From: a virus | Lineage: Duplodnaviria > Caudoviricetes | Direction: 5' to 3' (one strand) | IMG/VR virus record: IMGVR_UViG_3300049141_000098 | Span: 195,647 to 259,646 of that record | Length of the DNA stretch: 64,000 nt | Shown here: positions 16,801-26,163 of the stretch, one piece after another | How the letters are laid out: every line of letters starts with the position of its first letter | Numbering within the stretch: position 1 is the first letter of the stretch | Program-made: the position numbers and the translations under genes | The notes under the pieces: model-generated | The model's input: only the letters and a program-made list of their open reading frames with translations | Told to the model about the DNA's origin: nothing | Databases searched by the model: none

Positions 16801-17099
16801 GGCAGGGTGCGACTTGTGCTGTCTGGCGTACTGATCATGTGTCTGACCTGGGGATATGCCAGCCCTACGCGCGCGCGTGCGCTCTCCTGTCTCCCGCTCG
16901 GCCTGTCCCGAATGTCTGATACGCGACACATTGTGTGGAGTCCCGGACGCCATAGCCATACGGGGTAGGGGTATGTAAGAGATCTTGAGAGGGAGAGGTT
17001 CGAGCAGTGAGGTGGGTGGGGATGCTCGAAGGTTTGGCCAGTTCAGGGCGCAGGGTGCTGGCCAGACAGGGGACGTGACGAGACGAGACGTCTCGGAAG

Positions 17100-17820
17100 T
17101 GGTGACCAGGTGCACGCACGTGCGCGCGACGCACGATGCGGGCAGGCATGCGCGCGTGCCAGGCGCAGGCAGGCACGCGCGCGCGTTGCGGGCACGTTCG
17201 CGCTCGACGTTTCTCGATATCGCAGCGTGCCAGCAATGGCGACATGCGGCGCGCCTTTGTCGAGCGCCCAATGGGAGGCATGACGAGAATGGTGCGCAGC
17301 AATGCAAGAGGCCAGGCAGGGCAGGCAATGTGAGGCAGAGGGAAGTGAGCGGAAATGCTGGAATGTCAAAGCCTCTTTCGCTGCTTTATCTCGCATTCTG
17401 TTTTGTGTAAGTCGCTGCTACACATCACACCTAGTCTGACCAGCAATGACAGGAGAGGCAGGCAGGGAAGCAGGAGGGAAAAGAACTGGAAAGGAAAGGA
17501 GTCTCGCCAATGCTCACGACTATCGCCCTATGTCAACAAAGCAGGAAAGGCAGGGCAGAAGAATGCAAGAGACAAGGCAGAGGACAAGGCAAAAGATATG
17601 CAGGGAAAAGGAAGGGGAAAGGTCTGGCTATCTCGGCAGCAATCAAAGGGATATGAACAACTCTCTATGTCACGCCAATGCACAAGCCCTATGCGTACGA
17701 ATGCATGCATGAACAGGAGAGGAATGGAAGGCAAGCGAGTGCGAGGGAAGCAGCGGAGAAAATCAGCAGACAACTCGAAAGGAATTCGAATTGAAAGATG
17801 CACTATGCAGAAAACCAATT
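17100..17820. other. low-complexity noncoding tract: alternating RY run followed by a purine-skewed segment
   Basis: GCGCGCGCG/GCACGCACG runs, then GGCAG/GGAAAG/GCAAG-rich plus strand. Confidence 0.6.
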
Positions 17821-18073
17821 CTCTATAGCTATTTGGAAATGGGGCCCGGGTTAGGACTGCATGTCCGTCTACGCGTGGGCCCCGTGGGCAGTGTCCACAG
17901 CACCTCTCGATGCAGGAAATCATCCAGGAAGCGACAGACGGTGAATCCGAGTGCCAGAAAAATCCGCCGTCTGCTGCACACGTGGGCGCCCGGTGGGCTT
18001 ACTTTAGTTTCATGCGAGACCGGCCCGTCAAACTACAAGATCCTTTTAGTTTGTTCTGCGTTATCGTAGGGAG

Positions 18074-18577
18074 ATGGAAACGAAGCAGGCCTACTGGCGT
18101 TCCCGGCAACCTACCCTTCCGCATCTTGGAACCGCGTGGGACGTAGGTGAAGAGTTTGGGATAAGCGGAAGGCTGATCGAAGAGTGGTGTGTCAGGTATG
18201 ACAATCCAGCGTCACGACCCTCCGTCCCTGCTCAAGGAATTTTCCCTCCTCCGGTCATGCAGCTAGGAGGTCGGGACGTCTGGCTGATCGACCAGGTTCG
18301 AGAGTGGCACACATGGATGCTCGACAATGATCCGGACTTCGCCGCCTATCGAAAGCGTCGGGCTCCGCACCTTCTGTCGGCCTGGGGTGAGACAAAGTCG
18401 TATGCCGAGTGGCTGCTGGATGACCGATGCCCTCTCGTATACGTCTCGACCCTGACGGGGAGGCTGGGTCGCGGATGGCCGCCAGAGCGCGCCGTCTCAA
18501 CCCCGGTTCAACCCCAAGGCAGGTCTTCCGCTCAGAAGCCCTACACGGAGGGAGAATCCTTCGCCCGAGGCCGATAG
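18074..18577 (+). CDS. DNA-binding protein: AlpA/excisionase-like HTH plus C-terminal DNA-binding module
   Basis: VGEEFGISGRLIEEW...FPPPVMQLGGRDVWLIDQVREW; GETKSYAEW...RLGRGWPPERAVSTP. Confidence 0.65.
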   Translation: METKQAYWRSRQPTLPHLGTAWDVGEEFGISGRLIEEWCVRYDNPASRPSVPAQGIFPPPVMQLGGRDVWLIDQVREWHTWMLDNDPDFAAYRKRRAPHLLSAWGETKSYAEWLLDDRCPLVYVSTLTGRLGRGWPPERAVSTPVQPQGRSSAQKPYTEGESFARGR

Positions 18578-18672
18578 CCTATGGGGGCACGGTCGAGGTT
18601 CTTGAAACGGGTCCCTCCTGTGCGTGCCCCGCCTTTCGTGGATGGCGACCCGAAAGGCGGGGCCGACAACCT

Positions 18673-19044
18673 TTAACTGGGACGCCATCCGGCACGTCGG
18701 CACTCCGGGCATACCGTCGCGCTCTTATAGGCCCGCACTTCTGCACAGTCCCCCACCCCGTCCTGCATGCAGGCGAACATGCGCTGCATCGGGCCATAGG
18801 GTCCGTGCTCGTGTGCGTCATGGTCCGGCAGGGGAACGTTCGCCCACCCGGCAGCCATGGCGGCCTCCCACGCCTTGTCCCCATCGGGGAAGGTGGAGGC
18901 CCGTTCCGCCACGGTCGTGTAGACCCACGAGTCCCCCGAGCCCGCGAGGTAGTGGCCGCAGTCCGCCGAGCAGTAGACCCTCCAGTAGGAGATGCGCTCG
19001 TACCCCTTGCTCCGGTACGTCGACTCGCGCTGCTCTACGTCCAT
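18673..19044 (-). CDS. Cys-rich hypothetical protein (MDVEQRES...)
   Basis: GAAGGGTGAAG RBS; CxxxC and CxxC motifs. Confidence 0.65.
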   Translation of the reverse strand: MDVEQRESTYRSKGYERISYWRVYCSADCGHYLAGSGDSWVYTTVAERASTFPDGDKAWEAAMAAGWANVPLPDHDAHEHGPYGPMQRMFACMQDGVGDCAEVRAYKSATVCPECRRAGWRPS

Positions 19045-19274
19045 GGCTTCACCCTTCACCCTTGGCTCGTAACCCTCGTCGCGTATTCTCGTCCTGCTGG
19101 CATCCGGGTGAAAGACCCGGCGCTCACGCCTTGCGCTGTTTGAAAGGTGGCCCGTCCTGGGGAGGTCGGAGGACCCCTGTGCCAGCACTCTCTACCCGCA
19201 ATCCCGTGCGTCTCGTATGGTCGGACCCATGCCGAAGAAGGGATGGCGCACTGAAGCGAGCGGTCCGGCACCGC

Positions 19275-19406
19275 ATGACATCCACGGACGAGACCTACAC
19301 GGTGGCCCGTCAGGCGATCCTCGACGAACGGAATCGGCAGGGCGAGGGGTCGGACGCCGAATCCCCGCCTGTGTCCGCACCTTTCCCCCGAGGAGTCACC
19401 TCATGA
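19275..19406 (+). CDS. small hypothetical protein
   Basis: ATGA coupling to the next ORF. Confidence 0.45.
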   Translation: MTSTDETYTVARQAILDERNRQGEGSDAESPPVSAPFPRGVTS

Positions 19407-19606
19407 AGACCGGAGTCGGCATCCAGTTCGTCGGTGGCCCAGCCAACGGAAGGCTCACGTTCATACCCGAGGATCCGATGGATCCTCCGCTCACCTACGA
19501 ACTGCTCCTGGCGAGTGGGTCGAAGGCCGTCTACGAGCGGCAGGCGAACCCGGGCGACGACGGGCCCCTCTGGCTGTACGGCTACTCGGGGAGGCTGGTC
19601 GAATGA
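19403..19606 (+). CDS. hypothetical protein (IQFVGGPANG motif)
   Basis: GAGGAG RBS. Confidence 0.7.
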   Translation: MKTGVGIQFVGGPANGRLTFIPEDPMDPPLTYELLLASGSKAVYERQANPGDDGPLWLYGYSGRLVE

Positions 19607-19879
19607 TCTACTCCCGGCGAGAGTGGCTGAAGGCCGAGTGGGAGTATCTGTTGTGGAAGGTCGGCTGGAAGGACTACTGCCTCCAGTGCGACGAGATCTT
19701 CTCTTGGCCCAGGAGGAAGAGGCACAGGGACTGCCGGTGTGCGGGCCTTTGGATGCTGTGAAAACCACCCGGTTCAATCCAGCTCCGAAATCCAGTCGGC
19801 AGAAAAATTCGCGGAACATTCTCTACGTGGGCCACTTTGGGACGATTTGCGCTGCGCGGCATTTTATAGTCTTGTCGAC

Positions 19880-20134
19880 ATGACCACCTTCAAGTACGGC
19901 GCTCCGTTTTCCGGCAGCTCCATGCTGGACCTGCCGGAAGGCGACATCCCCAACGTGGCCCTGACGTTCACTGTCGTCACGGAATTGGCCAACTCCCTGC
20001 CGACCGGAACCAATGAGATCACTCCGCTCATGCTGGCCGAAGCGCTGAACGATCTCCTCGTGGAGAACGGCTGGCCGCCCGCTCAGTTCTGGGGCACGCC
20101 CGCCGATGTGCATCTGAACGACCTCACCCCCTGA
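19880..20134 (+). CDS. hypothetical protein
   Basis: High-GC codon pattern; followed by hairpins. Confidence 0.65.
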   Translation: MTTFKYGAPFSGSSMLDLPEGDIPNVALTFTVVTELANSLPTGTNEITPLMLAEALNDLLVENGWPPAQFWGTPADVHLNDLTP

Positions 20135-20191
20135 CAGGGCTCCACCCTCACGAAGCCCTGTCAGCCAAGCACCCCTCTTCGGTCGGCTCCG
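20134..20191. terminator. tandem hairpins between convergent genes
   Basis: GACAGGGCT/AGCCCTGTC and CACCCCTCTTCGG/CCGAAGAGGGGTG. Confidence 0.55.
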
Positions 20192-20210
20192 AAGAGGGGT
20201 GTCGCAGTAC

Positions 20211-20627
20211 TCAGAGCCAGCCCTCGTCCTCGCTCTCGGCGACGGGACGCCGCATTCGCCGCTCGACAACATTCGGCCGGTCCGCCATCAAGTCGAAGAT
20301 GTCGTGCGACTTCATCTCCGGTGGGAAGGCCGTGTTGACGTCCAGACTGCCGTCGTCCACGAGGCGCAGGGCCCGGACGTCGGAGCGCTCGTGAGCGTTC
20401 AATCCATCCCGCACGACGAGCAAAACCATCTCGCGAGCATCGCAGAAGGCGTTGTCGCAGTACAGCTCTAGGCGCCCCGGATCCTGCGACCGGTCGGAGG
20501 CCGACCTTTTGAGCGTCTTGTCACCACAGAACATGCACTGCACAGAGTTGGACTCGTGCTCATGGGTGGCGTTGGGCTGATGACGTCGAAGCCACGGTTC
20601 GCCACCCGATCCCCATTCGTTTGACAT
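20211..20627 (-). CDS. zinc-ribbon hypothetical protein
   Basis: CMFC...YCDNAFC; start uncertain. Confidence 0.55.
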   Translation of the reverse strand: MSNEWGSGGEPWLRRHQPNATHEHESNSVQCMFCGDKTLKRSASDRSQDPGRLELYCDNAFCDAREMVLLVVRDGLNAHERSDVRALRLVDDGSLDVNTAFPPEMKSHDIFDLMADRPNVVERRMRRPVAESEDEGWL

Positions 20628-20699
20628 GGGCGGCAGCGTAGCGGGGTCGAGGCCACGGATGCCGGGCCGCTGCGGCAACAGCCCGGATATCCTCGAACG

Positions 20700-20918
20700 G
20701 TGGCCGACATCAGGAACTCCTCCGAACCGGATCAGGTAGAGCTGACCCTCACCCTCGAAGAGCTGCGGGTCATGGTTCACCGCCTGGCGCCGAGGGGTTC
20801 GTTCCTCCGCAAGAGGGCGGAGGCGTTCCTCCCCGAGGGGCACCGCAAGATGGCGGACGATCTGTCGGAGAAGCTGCGCCGGTTCCACGACCGAGGAATG
20901 AATCGGTCCGACGGCTGA
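20700..20918 (+). CDS. hypothetical protein
   Basis: Track ORF. Confidence 0.6.
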   Translation: MADIRNSSEPDQVELTLTLEELRVMVHRLAPRGSFLRKRAEAFLPEGHRKMADDLSEKLRRFHDRGMNRSDG

Positions 20919-20961
20919 TCTACCGGACGGCTCTACCACTGGCACGAATCCTCCTCAAGGT

Positions 20962-20971
20962 GGCCTAGGTC
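20962..20971. promoter_or_regulatory. GRCCTAGGYC palindrome (candidate operator)
   Basis: GGCCTAGGTC, 34 bp upstream of ORF 21005. Confidence 0.65.
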
Positions 20972-21004
20972 GCTGTAGGCTGGAGGTAGCGGAAAGGGGA
21001 AGCT

Positions 21005-21457
21005 ATGACCGACTCGAACCAGGAAACAGCCCGCCACCTACTGCATCGATACGGGGTGCCCGAAGACATCATCGACGGAGCACTCTGCCTGCATGCGCAG
21101 GAACTTGTGGCTATCCAACGGAAGGCGCACGACACCATGCGGCCGTACTCGCATGGCGGCCCGTCCTGCAAGCCTGGGTACCCCTGCGGGGCGCGCAAGG
21201 TGATCGACCTGATCGACCCGACCCGGCAGATGCCCGCCGGGTCGCAGCACGACAACCAGGATCACGAGCCCGTGTGGGTGACCGCGCTCGATGGGGACGA
21301 CGAGCCAGCCAGGGACGCCGAGGGCCGCACCTGGGCGCACTGCGGCATCTGCGGTACGCGGCGAGACGCCGAGCCGAAGCGTTGTGTTGGTTGCGGTGAA
21401 CCACAGAACAACGGAGTGCTGCACGGTCACGGTGGGGGATACGGTGGGTGCGCCTGA
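21005..21457 (+). CDS. hypothetical protein
   Basis: GGAAAGGGGA RBS. Confidence 0.7.
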   Translation: MTDSNQETARHLLHRYGVPEDIIDGALCLHAQELVAIQRKAHDTMRPYSHGGPSCKPGYPCGARKVIDLIDPTRQMPAGSQHDNQDHEPVWVTALDGDDEPARDAEGRTWAHCGICGTRRDAEPKRCVGCGEPQNNGVLHGHGGGYGGCA

Positions 21458-21464
21458 CCCCCTG

Positions 21465-21496
21465 GGCCCCCGCAGGTGACTGCGGGGGCCTTCTTC
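21465..21496 (+). terminator. intrinsic terminator
   Basis: 11-bp stem, GTGA loop, TTCTTC tail, between convergent genes. Confidence 0.7.
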
Positions 21497-21505
21497 TCGT
21501 CGAGG

Positions 21506-21712
21506 TCAGTCGGTAGCAACCTCGATCTTCTGAATCTCCAGCTCCAGAACGGTTTCCTCCTCCTCGCCCGGGTCTGCCGCGTACACCTCCAGTCCGCTCC
21601 ACTCGCTGTCGACCCACTCCTCCAGGGAGTCGAGAGTCTCGGGGGTGGCGCCGTCGGTCTGCTTCACCTTGAAGACGACGGTCAGGGTGCCGGTGAGCTT
21701 CTTCTTCGTCAT
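21506..21712 (-). CDS. small acidic hypothetical protein (MTKKKLTG...)
   Basis: GAGGAA RBS. Confidence 0.65.
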   Translation of the reverse strand: MTKKKLTGTLTVVFKVKQTDGATPETLDSLEEWVDSEWSGLEVYAADPGEEEETVLELEIQKIEVATD

Positions 21713-21988
21713 GTCGGGTTCCTCAACTCGCAGCGTGCAAGGAGGGGTTGGCCAACCCGGTGGCATCCACACTAGGGCAGCAAAGCCCCTGGTCAAAGGG
21801 CATGCCGGATGACTTGATTCCCGCTGGGGACGCGATTTCATGAAGACGCAGGGCCATTCGGGCGCAGAATGATGTGAGGGCAGCACAGAAGATGGCAATG
21901 GATGTGTCTGGAAGGCTCGCGAGAGCCAGAACTTCCGCCCGCAGTTGATATGTAACATATCGATAACACCTCTCGAAGGGGTCCGCCT

Positions 21989-22207
21989 GTGTCCGCGCCC
22001 GTCTCGCAGATGACCGTCGATCAGGTCATGCATGCACTCGACAACTCGACGCCCTACCCGGTGGAACTCGACAAGGCCGTGCTCCGCTTCATGGCCGAGC
22101 GCCTGCTGGAGATGACCGACATGCACAAGCGCCTCGATCACGAGGTGTGGCAGCCGGAGGATAAACCGGCCGACGGTCCCGAGCCGGAGCCGATGCCTCT
22201 CTGGTGA
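21989..22207 (+). CDS. hypothetical protein
   Basis: GAAGGGG RBS. Confidence 0.65.
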   Translation: MSAPVSQMTVDQVMHALDNSTPYPVELDKAVLRFMAERLLEMTDMHKRLDHEVWQPEDKPADGPEPEPMPLW

Positions 22208-22215
22208 AGACGACC

Positions 22216-22225
22216 GGCCTAGGCC
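22216..22225. promoter_or_regulatory. GRCCTAGGYC palindrome (candidate operator)
   Basis: GGCCTAGGCC, intergenic; degenerate GGCCTAAGCA at 22241. Confidence 0.65.
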
Positions 22226-22261
22226 GTTGCTAGACTGGGCGGCCTAAGCAATGGGGGTTTC

Positions 22262-23425
22262 ATGACCGACGCATCACACAACAGTCCGGCGTTCGAAGAC
22301 GCCTTGCAGAACCTTGGACACGCTCTTCTCGCGACAGATCCACGTCGGTCCCTGGTGTGCGTGCTGGAGACTTTTCGTGCTGAGCACCGTGAAGAGGTGC
22401 TCGCTGAGTCCGCCTCGCTTGCCGACCGAACGGCGTCGCCTGGCGCCTTCGTGCTGTGGCTCGACGCCTCGGACGGCTCGGTACCCACGCATGATGGCAT
22501 TCAGTGGCCCGACGGATCCGCAACCATCCATCATCGCCACTTCGGGATCACCACTACCCATCACAGCCCTGACGCTGCCTGCCAGGCCGCGCACGGCAAG
22601 CAAGGTCGGATTGTCTGGCCCGACCCCGCGCCCACCGACCGGGCTCTCACTCGCGCTGAAGCTTTGCGCGACGCCGCCTCCTATCTGGGGGCCAGGGCCT
22701 CAACGCTGGAGTTAATTTCCGGTTCCGACGACGACAACGAAGGGTACGCCGCCCGCAGACTGCGCACTGAAGCCGCCCAGTTGCGCCGCATGGCCGACGA
22801 GGCATCAGCCGCCGAGGATGATGGCGAGGGGGATGAACTCGTCTGCGTCGACATGTGCGGCAGTTGCAACGCCTGCGGCATGGAACCCTTCGGCACCCCC
22901 GCCGAGGGCTGGCGGGAGGCTGTCCGTTTCTTGCGTCGCAACGCCCGCGAGTCCGGCGACCGGACGGGCGCCCTGCACGGGGCCCGTCTCATCGAGGCCG
23001 AGCTGCGCCGCGTAGCCGATGAGACGCGGCGCACCCAGCCCGATGGACTCCGCTGCGTCTGCGGCGACCCCACCGCCTCTGACACCGTTCACCGAGCTGA
23101 CGCACCTTGCTACCAGATCGAGCCGACACAACGGATGCTGAACGAGGCGGAGCGCAGGATGCTGGCCTTCGCTCTCGATGAGGCTCAGGAGAAGATCTGG
23201 TCGCAGGACGGGTTCACCAACGAACATCAGAACGCCGTTGACTCGTTGCGCACCCTGCTCACTGAGGCTGCGCCGGTTCGGTCCATGAGTGTCGACGACG
23301 ACCCTCGACTGGCTCGCGCCCGGGAAGTGCACCGGGAAACCTGCCTGCTGGCACGAGGCGAGGTCAAGCCAACGGCCTTCACGTGTGGCATGTGTGAGGC
23401 ACTCGACGAGCCTGCTGGCCTTTGA
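22262..23425 (+). CDS. mosaic hypothetical protein
   Basis: Track ORF of 387 aa; RAEALRDAA motif also seen in ORF 29103. Confidence 0.7.
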   Translation: MTDASHNSPAFEDALQNLGHALLATDPRRSLVCVLETFRAEHREEVLAESASLADRTASPGAFVLWLDASDGSVPTHDGIQWPDGSATIHHRHFGITTTHHSPDAACQAAHGKQGRIVWPDPAPTDRALTRAEALRDAASYLGARASTLELISGSDDDNEGYAARRLRTEAAQLRRMADEASAAEDDGEGDELVCVDMCGSCNACGMEPFGTPAEGWREAVRFLRRNARESGDRTGALHGARLIEAELRRVADETRRTQPDGLRCVCGDPTASDTVHRADAPCYQIEPTQRMLNEAERRMLAFALDEAQEKIWSQDGFTNEHQNAVDSLRTLLTEAAPVRSMSVDDDPRLARAREVHRETCLLARGEVKPTAFTCGMCEALDEPAGL

Positions 23426-24105
23426 TTCGAAGACGCCAGGGCGCGGCGCCGTCTTCGATTGCCAGGCAAGATGTGCTTGATGGAGCCTATTCGCTTACTT
23501 ACCTGAGAGTCAGAACTCCTCACCTCAAGGTCATAGTCGTGGCCACGGCTCCCTCAAGTGGACTGCGCGCGTGCATACTTCGCGCCATGGGACGTGTTAA
23601 ACAGAACCGAGGCCGCCGTGACAAGCAGCCGAGCCCCCTCCACTGGACTCCGCTTCAGCAGTCGTGTGGATGTGTCGTCGAATGGGGATGGGACACGGAA
23701 GCATTCCCTCCCCCGGTGTTCATCGAGTGGTGCCTGGCCGTACTCGACGCACCCTGCATGTGGCACGGGGCAGAGACGGGAGTTCAGGTGCCTAGGGATG
23801 CTGAGATGATCCAGCTTCGTACACCACGAGGTCTCCTGCGTACCCGGCAGGCCAAGGGCGATCGGCTTCCCTTGGGGGCCGAGCTGACCCGGCAGGCGAA
23901 GGAGCTGACCGAGAAGCTGAAGCAGGACGACATCTCCGGCATCCTCGTCGACATCCCCGCCAAGTATCAGCGCGTCATGCGGGCCAAGGGCTACGACCCG
24001 GCAGAGACGTGGCTGGAGATGAGGATGGCGGACATCTTTCTCAATCACGGTCGGGTTACCCTCACCGCCGAGATGATCGAGAGGCTGCCCGAACCCAAGG
24101 GGTAG
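23422..24105 (+). CDS. hypothetical protein (start uncertain)
   Basis: Coding-like 3' part. Confidence 0.6.
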   Translation: MIRRRQGAAPSSIARQDVLDGAYSLTYLRVRTPHLKVIVVATAPSSGLRACILRAMGRVKQNRGRRDKQPSPLHWTPLQQSCGCVVEWGWDTEAFPPPVFIEWCLAVLDAPCMWHGAETGVQVPRDAEMIQLRTPRGLLRTRQAKGDRLPLGAELTRQAKELTEKLKQDDISGILVDIPAKYQRVMRAKGYDPAETWLEMRMADIFLNHGRVTLTAEMIERLPEPKG

Positions 24106-24154
24106 ACCATGCTGTCCGCGCCCAGGCTGTCGGGTCGAGAGGGATACTCAGCTC

Positions 24155-24964
24155 ATGACCTTGATGACCCTCCTTCACAGACTGCTCTACCCGCAGGCCT
24201 GCAATGACAGCGTTCGAAACCTGGATGGCTCGTTGCTTCGGTGCTCGCTGCGCAAGAGGCATGTCCAGGAGCGGCATCTGGCACGGAACGGTTGCACGTG
24301 GCGGCGACGCCCCGATGGCGGCATCGTGACAGTGATTCACCCGGGGGACGTCGAGGACTGGCATGACAGTAAGCAGGCGGCCGAGATCAAGAGGTTGCGT
24401 GGCGACCTCCGGTGGATGAAGGATCACGCGAGCGACGAGCAGCTTCTGGCCTGGGCGGATGATGCGGGCAAGCACATCGCTGAGATGGAGGACACAGACC
24501 CGGACTGGATCCGAAGGTACGCGGACCAGTTGACGAGCCTCACCTTCCGGTTGGACCAGGCTCTGAACGATCAGGACTGGGACATCAAGATCAGCGGCAT
24601 GGGCCGGGAGGTCCGCGTTATCGGAACCATCCCGAGGGAACGGGTTCCAGGTCTCCTGCACAGGTTGGCCGTCTCGTATGGCGAAGACTCCGGGACGACC
24701 CTGGAGAAGTCCCTCCGCTGGGAGGTCGACCGGTTTCGACTGGAGCGCAACGAGGCCCGCGACCGTCTGGAACGGATCGCCCAAGCGCACACCAAGAGCC
24801 TCGGCGCAGGAGGCATGACCGACGGCACATGCATCGAGTGCGGTGAGGCGGATCCGTGCCCGACGCGCATCTGGGCCACGACGGAAGGGCGGAATCCCGC
24901 CCTAAACGCCTGGGCTCCAGCCGATGATCCGGAGCCCGATGGGGCGCCTGGGACCTCGTCGTAG
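24155..24964 (+). CDS. hypothetical protein (start uncertain)
   Basis: Track ORF; C-terminal CIECGEADPCPT motif. Confidence 0.65.
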   Translation: MTLMTLLHRLLYPQACNDSVRNLDGSLLRCSLRKRHVQERHLARNGCTWRRRPDGGIVTVIHPGDVEDWHDSKQAAEIKRLRGDLRWMKDHASDEQLLAWADDAGKHIAEMEDTDPDWIRRYADQLTSLTFRLDQALNDQDWDIKISGMGREVRVIGTIPRERVPGLLHRLAVSYGEDSGTTLEKSLRWEVDRFRLERNEARDRLERIAQAHTKSLGAGGMTDGTCIECGEADPCPTRIWATTEGRNPALNAWAPADDPEPDGAPGTSS

Positions 24965-25006
24965 GATCAGAAACCGCAGTACACCGGAAAGGCAGAAGGA
25001 ACAAAA

Positions 25007-25603
25007 ATGCAGATCGGGCAACAGTGGGCTGACGAGAATCGCCCCAGCAAAGACCTTGACTACCTGCGGCTGGTAGCAGTCACGTCCGTCATCGAGTCAG
25101 AAAACCTGGCCAATGGACCGAAGGCGGCACTCGGCCAGCGCTTCGACTACGACACAACCCTGCGGTACGCCATGCGCCGAATTGAGGAGACCTCGCAGGA
25201 GACCAAGCTGGAGAACCCTCCGGCCGCCAAGCTGCTTGGCCTCCTCATTCAGTCCTGGGCCGAGGGTTTCATCTTCGGATCACTCATCTACCGGCAGGAG
25301 CATCGCGGCCTTCGGCCGGAACCCTTCCTGGATCGGATCGCCCTGGCGAACGCCAGGAACACCCTCGCCTCCCTCGACGGCGAGGGTCTCTCTCGCCTGT
25401 ACAACGAAGCCATTTCCAAAGATGCTCTTGGTTACGTCAGTAGCGTCAGGTCCATGAAGGCCCTCCAGATCCTCGACACCATGGCCCCAGTAGCCGACCA
25501 TCGGGCGATCAAGTCCCTCCTGGGCAGTCACTGGATGGACGGCTTGCTGCTCGGGCTGATCTTCGAGGAGATGGGCGGTCACGTAGAAGGACCGAAGGCC
25601 TGA
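25007..25603 (+). CDS. hypothetical helical protein
   Basis: GAAGGAA RBS; two W-x-[ED]-G-[FL] segments. Confidence 0.7.
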   Translation: MQIGQQWADENRPSKDLDYLRLVAVTSVIESENLANGPKAALGQRFDYDTTLRYAMRRIEETSQETKLENPPAAKLLGLLIQSWAEGFIFGSLIYRQEHRGLRPEPFLDRIALANARNTLASLDGEGLSRLYNEAISKDALGYVSSVRSMKALQILDTMAPVADHRAIKSLLGSHWMDGLLLGLIFEEMGGHVEGPKA

Positions 25604-25604
25604 C

Positions 25605-25877
25605 ATGGCATTTCTGGGACGCTGGCCCGACGAGTTCGTGCCGGAAGAGCACGGCTGGGTGCGCAGCGAATCAATGCCCGAGGCCAAGATCTGGCTGCGC
25701 TGGGAGATCCCCTATCGGTTCCCCGCCACCATCTCGGAGTGCCTGCACGATGAGGCGACGGGAGCCGTCGGTGGATGGTACGAGGGGCCGGTCAAGGGCG
25801 CGTTCCCGGAGGAGGTCCGGACGGGCGATGTGTGGGCCGAGATGCTGCGAACGGATCTCGGCCCAGTGAGGGTGTAA
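25605..25877 (+). CDS. hypothetical protein
   Basis: Directly follows upstream stop. Confidence 0.65.
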   Translation: MAFLGRWPDEFVPEEHGWVRSESMPEAKIWLRWEIPYRFPATISECLHDEATGAVGGWYEGPVKGAFPEEVRTGDVWAEMLRTDLGPVRV

Positions 25878-25878
25878 G

Positions 25879-26163
25879 TCACGTCCACCATCGGCGTATG
25901 TCGGCCCCACGGAAGCGGGCGTACGCCATCATCTCCTCCATCCGCCTCACGTCCTCGTGCGTGCGACAGGGCCACGCCCTCTGAAGGAACCAGACCTCCC
26001 AGGTGTCGAGTTGGCATCCGTGCAGATGCTCCCTCCTGGTCGCGATGCGACACTCGCGCGGGTTGTAGCCGGAGTCCCGCATGAAGAGCTGCGCCACGCG
26101 GACGGTTGGAGCGATGATCACCCGGCGTGCGGGCAATGCCGTCGGATTTTTCGCAAGCGTCAT
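25879..26163 (-). CDS. hypothetical protein (MTLAKNP...)
   Basis: ATGA overlap with the HTH gene. Confidence 0.65.
   Translation of the reverse strand: MTLAKNPTALPARRVIIAPTVRVAQLFMRDSGYNPRECRIATRREHLHGCQLDTWEVWFLQRAWPCRTHEDVRRMEEMMAYARFRGADIRRWWT

Noticed and set aside
15190-18070. ORF-track entries in the noncoding block
   Set aside because: No RBS, atypical composition, low-complexity translations and mutually overlapping frames.
19765-19790. GGTTCAATCC tRNA T-arm-like string
   Set aside because: No T-stem or cloverleaf; I found no tRNA gene in the window.
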